Below, in pieces: positions 59,950 to 64,000 of a stretch of 64,000 nucleotides of DNA. Source of the stretch: Candidatus Latescibacterota bacterium (GTDB taxonomy: Bacteria; Latescibacterota; UBA2968); NCBI GenBank assembly GCA_965198115.1, contig OZ240241.1, positions 6,304,001-6,368,000 on the forward strand. Direction: 5' to 3'. The position numbers and the translations under genes were made by a program. The notes beneath the pieces were generated by a model. It was given only the letters and a program-made list of their open reading frames with translations. It did no database searches and was not told the DNA's origin. The number at the start of each line of letters is the position of its first letter. The stretch's first letter is position 1.

Positions 59950-61224
59950 TTAACTGTTTGCGGCTGTCAGCCACTCCAAGCTGAATCGCGCCACGCTGAT
60001 CTTTTCGCTGTCGCGGACCTTGCCGTTGGTATACAGACAGAGGATGGTCCCGTCGGCTGTCACCGCCAGGTCGGAATACCGGGACAGCCCTGGCTCAAGC
60101 GGCCGCGAAATGAGCCAGCTCCTGCCTTCGTCCCGGCTCAGGCGAATCGTCATCTCTCTGGCCGGACATGGATTGGAAAACAGCAAGATGCTTTCAGCCT
60201 GGCCATCCCGACGGTAGCGGGTCAGGCCCGCGTGGAGATTGGCGTCCGGTATTTCTTCGTGCTGGCCGTGTTCACAGAAGGTTTCACCGCAATCGCTACT
60301 GCGCGCGAAGTGGCGCTTGCCCGTGGCACGTGTGTTCTTGCGATAGCTGACGTAGATGCCGCCGTCCATCGTTTCCACGAGGCTGACTTCGTCAGAGCCC
60401 TCGGGCAGGACTGCGCCCGCTTGCCAATTTTTTCCGTGGTCGTCGCTGTACAACAAGCCCCCGCGCACCCCCGGTATCTGTCCCGGTTCGCCCTCCTTGT
60501 AAAGAAACGCCGGTATGAGCAACCGTCCCTTGCATTTCCCAAAGGCAAGTTGGATGCCGTGCACACTGTTGTTGGGCCATCCCACCCAGCCTTCATCGTT
60601 CGGCAGGGGTCTGACATAGAAGGGCTCAGACCAACTCCGCCCCTCATCGGTGCTCTTGAGCAGCCAGAAACCGCCTCCCTGTTTGGCATATTCGCTGAAG
60701 TAACCCAGATCGTCCAACACCTCGGCAGGCATCTTCCAGAAGGCAACGAATACGGCACCCGTCGTGCCATCCTCGAAGATGGGCCCGAGGTAGGTGTAAG
60801 CATTCTCTTCCTCGAAGATGACTTCCTGCCGCTGCCAGGTCACTCCGCCGTCTTCGCTGCGCGACATCGAGAGGTCGACCTGGTTGCCGCCGTCCCCCAT
60901 CGAATTATGCCGTTTTTGACACACGGCAATAGCCGTCCCTTGCGCTGTGACGATCAGCCCCGGTAGATGCAAACCAAACCCGTCGAAGTCGTGATACTTC
61001 AAGGCTGTAAGATCCACCTCGATCGGCATATCTGCGAGGGCATCCCTTTCCTGTCTGCTTATTCCTTTCAGATGGATGAGCACGGATTTCGGCTCCCGGG
61101 TGCTATAGTAGATGTGGCCGACGGCGTGCTCTGCCCGCTCCCAATGATAGGCTGGGGCCTGGGCCAATGTCTCGCCCTGCCCTGGCAGGAACACATCGAT
61201 CTTCTCAAAGAACGCTTCGCTCAT
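59950..61224 (-). CDS. GH33-like sialidase-fold protein
   Basis: Asp-boxes SEDGGVTW, STDEGRSW, SDDHGKNW, SSDCGETF, SRDEGRSW; HGIQL and YSDL; no signal peptide. Confidence 0.85.
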   Translation of the reverse strand: MSEAFFEKIDVFLPGQGETLAQAPAYHWERAEHAVGHIYYSTREPKSVLIHLKGISRQERDALADMPIEVDLTALKYHDFDGFGLHLPGLIVTAQGTAIAVCQKRHNSMGDGGNQVDLSMSRSEDGGVTWQRQEVIFEEENAYTYLGPIFEDGTTGAVFVAFWKMPAEVLDDLGYFSEYAKQGGGFWLLKSTDEGRSWSEPFYVRPLPNDEGWVGWPNNSVHGIQLAFGKCKGRLLIPAFLYKEGEPGQIPGVRGGLLYSDDHGKNWQAGAVLPEGSDEVSLVETMDGGIYVSYRKNTRATGKRHFARSSDCGETFCEHGQHEEIPDANLHAGLTRYRRDGQAESILLFSNPCPAREMTIRLSRDEGRSWLISRPLEPGLSRYSDLAVTADGTILCLYTNGKVRDSEKISVARFSLEWLTAANS

Positions 61225-61284
61225 GGATTGCAATTCCTGCATAAAATGGGAGAGCGTGTCAGCTTCTCGGAAACGCAAGTTATC

Positions 61285-61335
61285 ACCCAGGGTTGTTCCA
61301 ACCCTGGGCTAGGGGACACAACCCCTTCGGGGTTG
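61285..61335 (-). repeat. REP-like double-hairpin element
   Basis: CCCAGGGTTG/CAACCCTGGG and CAACCCC-TTC-GGGGTTG hairpins; a related copy lies at 63688-63734. Confidence 0.75.
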
Positions 61336-61471
61336 AGATCCCTCCGGAATCGTTCCAGATTTAGTGAAGCTACTTCCGGGACACCATACTAGGTGGTTTC
61401 GCCTCCATCAGCATTCATTCAGGGCGACAATCAGACCCACGCCATCATCCGCGCGCCTCGAGCCTGAGGCG

Positions 61472-62308
61472 TCAGATCGTTTTGCGGACCTTTTCGGCGT
61501 CGTTGAAGAGAATCTCGCGCACCTGATCGGTCGCCCTCTCGTGGAACGCGACGGCTTCCGGGTCGAAGTCCCGGGCGGGAACCGGCGTCGGGCGAAAGTG
61601 ACCGTAGCGGTCTTCACCCCGTACCAGTGCGGCACTGTCCCACTCGCCGACGATCTGCTTCGTGTGTGGGGGCACGTAGTGTAGCGAGAGGCCGATTCGA
61701 CGGTCGTTCGAACGGTTTGGGCTCGACGCGTGGGCGAGCCGCCCGTTGTGTAGGGATACTTGACCGGTTTCCAGCGGCATGGCGACGGTCTTCGACTCAT
61801 CGACTTCTACCGAGATCTCCTGTCCCCGCGTCAGCATGTTATCGTCCCTGTATTCGTCCTTATGGGGAAGAAGGTCGCCTCTGTGAGATCCGGGCAGGAC
61901 GTGCATACAGCCGCTTTCGAGCGTGGCCGGCGAAAGGGCCAGCCATGCGGTAATCAGGTCGCTCGTATCGAGACCCCAATAGCGCAGATCTTGATGCCAC
62001 GAGACGAAGGCTTCGCTTTTTGCTTCTTTAACCCAGAAGAGCGTGTTCCAGCACAGGATATCGGGGCCAATCAGATCCTCGATTGCATCGAGCATCGTGG
62101 AATGTCGCATCAGGTCGTCGACCCATTTGAATAGCAGGTGGGACTTGCTCCGCTGCGCTCCCCCAATCGGTTTGCCTTCGTCCGTCTCGAAGCGCTCGAG
62201 CAGCGACCTCTTCGCTACGGCCTCATCCTCGCTCAGAATTGTGACAGGGGAATAGTAGCCATCCCGGTCGAATTGCTCGATGGCGTTTTCACTCAGTAAT
62301 TTCGGCAT
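61472..62308 (-). CDS. PhyH-family Fe/2OG dioxygenase
   Basis: FDRDGY, WHQD, GCMHVLPGSH, HASSPNRSNDRRIG; AGGAGG RBS. Confidence 0.92.
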   Translation of the reverse strand: MPKLLSENAIEQFDRDGYYSPVTILSEDEAVAKRSLLERFETDEGKPIGGAQRSKSHLLFKWVDDLMRHSTMLDAIEDLIGPDILCWNTLFWVKEAKSEAFVSWHQDLRYWGLDTSDLITAWLALSPATLESGCMHVLPGSHRGDLLPHKDEYRDDNMLTRGQEISVEVDESKTVAMPLETGQVSLHNGRLAHASSPNRSNDRRIGLSLHYVPPHTKQIVGEWDSAALVRGEDRYGHFRPTPVPARDFDPEAVAFHERATDQVREILFNDAEKVRKTI

Positions 62309-62535
62309 AGAGTCCTCCTATGGATGTCCTTCAAGGTAAAACCGGGAACCACGAAAAGACACGAAAGAACACGAAAGGGTAGAGCACCGGGCATACCAGG
62401 CCCTATTCGGGGAGTGGGATCGAGATGCGATGAGCATCTTCTTGGAAGCCTTGACAGCTACTGGCGAAGACCCCTCCTTGGCAGCCATACGCAAGATAGT
62501 GCCTTTGTAGCTTGTACACGTAGAGGAGATTAGAA

Positions 62536-63579
62536 ATGTGGGACGACGCGATGCGCGAAACGTTTGCACGACAAGGCTATGTCGTCGTGCCCGATGTGCT
62601 CGATCAACAGCAGCTGGACGAACTCAATGAAGTCTACGATCAGGAGATCCTCAAGGGGGAGGAGACGCTATCTGCCAGCGCCAAGAACCAGACACGCTTC
62701 TCCGTCCGAGGGCGCGGCAAGCACGAGACGACGGACAGGCACGGCAACACCTACGTAGGGAGAAGGCTCTGGAGCAAGGCCTACCGGGACCTGATCGACA
62801 ACGAGACCATGCTGCCCATCCTTGAAGAGATTCTCGGCGACCCGGCGTGGGGCCACGCCCCGGCACACACGCCGGAAGAGCTTCGCCCCCTGTTCCGGCT
62901 GGATCACGACAATGTCCACTACAAGCCTGCGCGTAAACCGTCAGACGGTGATGACAAAGGCGGGACGCTCCACGGCGGCCCGAGCCACTTTCATGTCACG
63001 TGTGTGTATGAGCTCAAGACAGTCGGACCCAATGACAGAGGCTTCGGGTGTGTTGTGGGCACACACAAGCCGGCCAATGAGCAGAAGCTGCTGGACATGG
63101 ACGGCGACTGGCGGCGGAACTGGTGCGACACGGAGTGGACGTCGCAACTGCCGAACTGGGATGAAGATGTGCCGGTGCACCGCGTCGAGGCCAAGGCCGG
63201 GGACTGCATTTTGTTCAGTGAGAAGCTCAAACACGGTACGATTCCGTGGGCGGGGAGCGGCGAGCGGCGCACGCTCTTCTACAAGTACGTTCCTTTCGGC
63301 ATGCACCACGGTGACGCCGCCTACGACACCAACGACCCCGAACTCACTGAGCGGCAGAAACGCATCCTGGAATTCTCGCCGTGCTGGTTTAACGAGCCCC
63401 GGGAGGACAGAGACTACTCCGCGAACCCAGCCCTCACAGAGCTCCAGCCCCTAGCGCGTGTGGAGAGCGACCCGAGCGTGTTGCTGCCGGGCATGTCGCC
63501 GCCGCACATCCGGCTGACGGACGAGACCATGGCGAAGCTGCTGAACGGCGGTGGAGGTAGTGCCAACGCGAAGTTGTAG
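62536..63579 (+). CDS. PhyH-family Fe/2OG oxygenase
   Basis: FARQGYVVVPDVL, RLDHD, LHGG, VVGTHK, AGDCILFSEKLKHGT, RRTLFYKY. Confidence 0.88.
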   Translation: MWDDAMRETFARQGYVVVPDVLDQQQLDELNEVYDQEILKGEETLSASAKNQTRFSVRGRGKHETTDRHGNTYVGRRLWSKAYRDLIDNETMLPILEEILGDPAWGHAPAHTPEELRPLFRLDHDNVHYKPARKPSDGDDKGGTLHGGPSHFHVTCVYELKTVGPNDRGFGCVVGTHKPANEQKLLDMDGDWRRNWCDTEWTSQLPNWDEDVPVHRVEAKAGDCILFSEKLKHGTIPWAGSGERRTLFYKYVPFGMHHGDAAYDTNDPELTERQKRILEFSPCWFNEPREDRDYSANPALTELQPLARVESDPSVLLPGMSPPHIRLTDETMAKLLNGGGGSANAKL

Positions 63580-63687
63580 TCAGGGGTAGGTCTTTTTCAG
63601 TTTGGAGTTTTAGGGCGGCCAGGGATGGCCGCAACCAAAGTTGTCAGGCGTCAGTCGTCAGTTGTCAGGAAAGCCAGAGCGAGGGGT

Positions 63688-63734
63688 CAGCCCTGAAGGG
63701 GCTGTGTCCCTCAGCCCAGGGCAACGCCCTGGGT
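63688..63734 (+). repeat. REP-like double-hairpin element
   Basis: CAGCCCTGAAGGGGCTG and CCCAGGGC/GCCCTGGG hairpins; inverted relative to 61285-61335. Confidence 0.75.
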
Positions 63735-63851
63735 AAGTTGGCCGGCGATCAATGATCGCGCCGCCGTTCAGGAAAACGTCGTTAGAAAGTGCGACCACCG
63801 GCGCTCGGTCGCGGACAAGGCTTTCGCGTGGGCCCGTAGGAGGACACCGAC

Positions 63852-64000
63852 CTACAGCGCGGCGTCCCCTGCAGAAGACCGCAAGCTGTACTGCCCCTCC
63901 ATATGGGTGTGCCAGTCCATCCCGATCTCGGGCCGCGGCGGGGTCGGTTTGGGCAGCGTTGATGCCCGCTGTGCGACCACTGACGGTAAACCCACCTCGC
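63852..64000 (-). CDS. Possible 3' end of a gene entering from outside the window
   Basis: Open frame ...PPRPEIGMDWHTHMEGQYSLRSSAGDAAL* only; no recognisable motif. Confidence 0.3.
   Translation of the reverse strand, partial: EVGLPSVVAQRASTLPKPTPPRPEIGMDWHTHMEGQYSLRSSAGDAAL

Noticed and set aside
1-64000. rRNA, tRNA, phage or anti-phage defence genes
   Set aside because: None recognised by eye; covariance-model and HMM searches would be needed to exclude small ncRNAs.

Overview
Bacterial genomic window, moderately GC-rich. The gene content (sulfatase, PhyH dioxygenases, Gfo/Idh/MocA, SDRs, cytoplasmic BNR proteins) resembles Latescibacterota/Poribacteria/PVC-type environmental lineages; this is inference. 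Many genes carry single-base frameshifts, often at homopolymers, so the assembly probably has long-read indel errors. 1-34 kb is mostly housekeeping and metabolic: rlmKL, sulfatase-SGNH-beta-propeller cluster, diguanylate cyclase, an ISAzo13 element with TAA flanks beside a truncated PhyH gene, NUDIX-GNAT/GNAT cluster, eukaryote-type xylulokinase, crcB, prlC, ppiC, natAB-like ABC exporter, an atypical radical SAM, a HAD/DHS-like/PfkB operon and gltA. 34-48 kb is a heavy-metal efflux island: marR, a largely intact cusCBA, a degraded czcCBA with a perfect ArsR/SmtB-type operator, and a truncated merR with an intact mer promoter. Both RND operons begin with a Cys/His-rich membrane-anchored leader ORF ending in (F/V)LI(I)-stop. 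Each stop is followed by an anti-Shine-Dalgarno strand complementary to the next gene's RBS, a candidate metal-sensing translational attenuator and the best lead here. 48-64 kb is a mosaic of gene fragments and catabolic genes joined at IS630, IS256 and IS91/ISCR relics. It includes a split IS91 transposase and two ~70-bp oriIS-like direct repeats bracketing a captured gene. No rRNA, tRNA or CRISPR array was seen.
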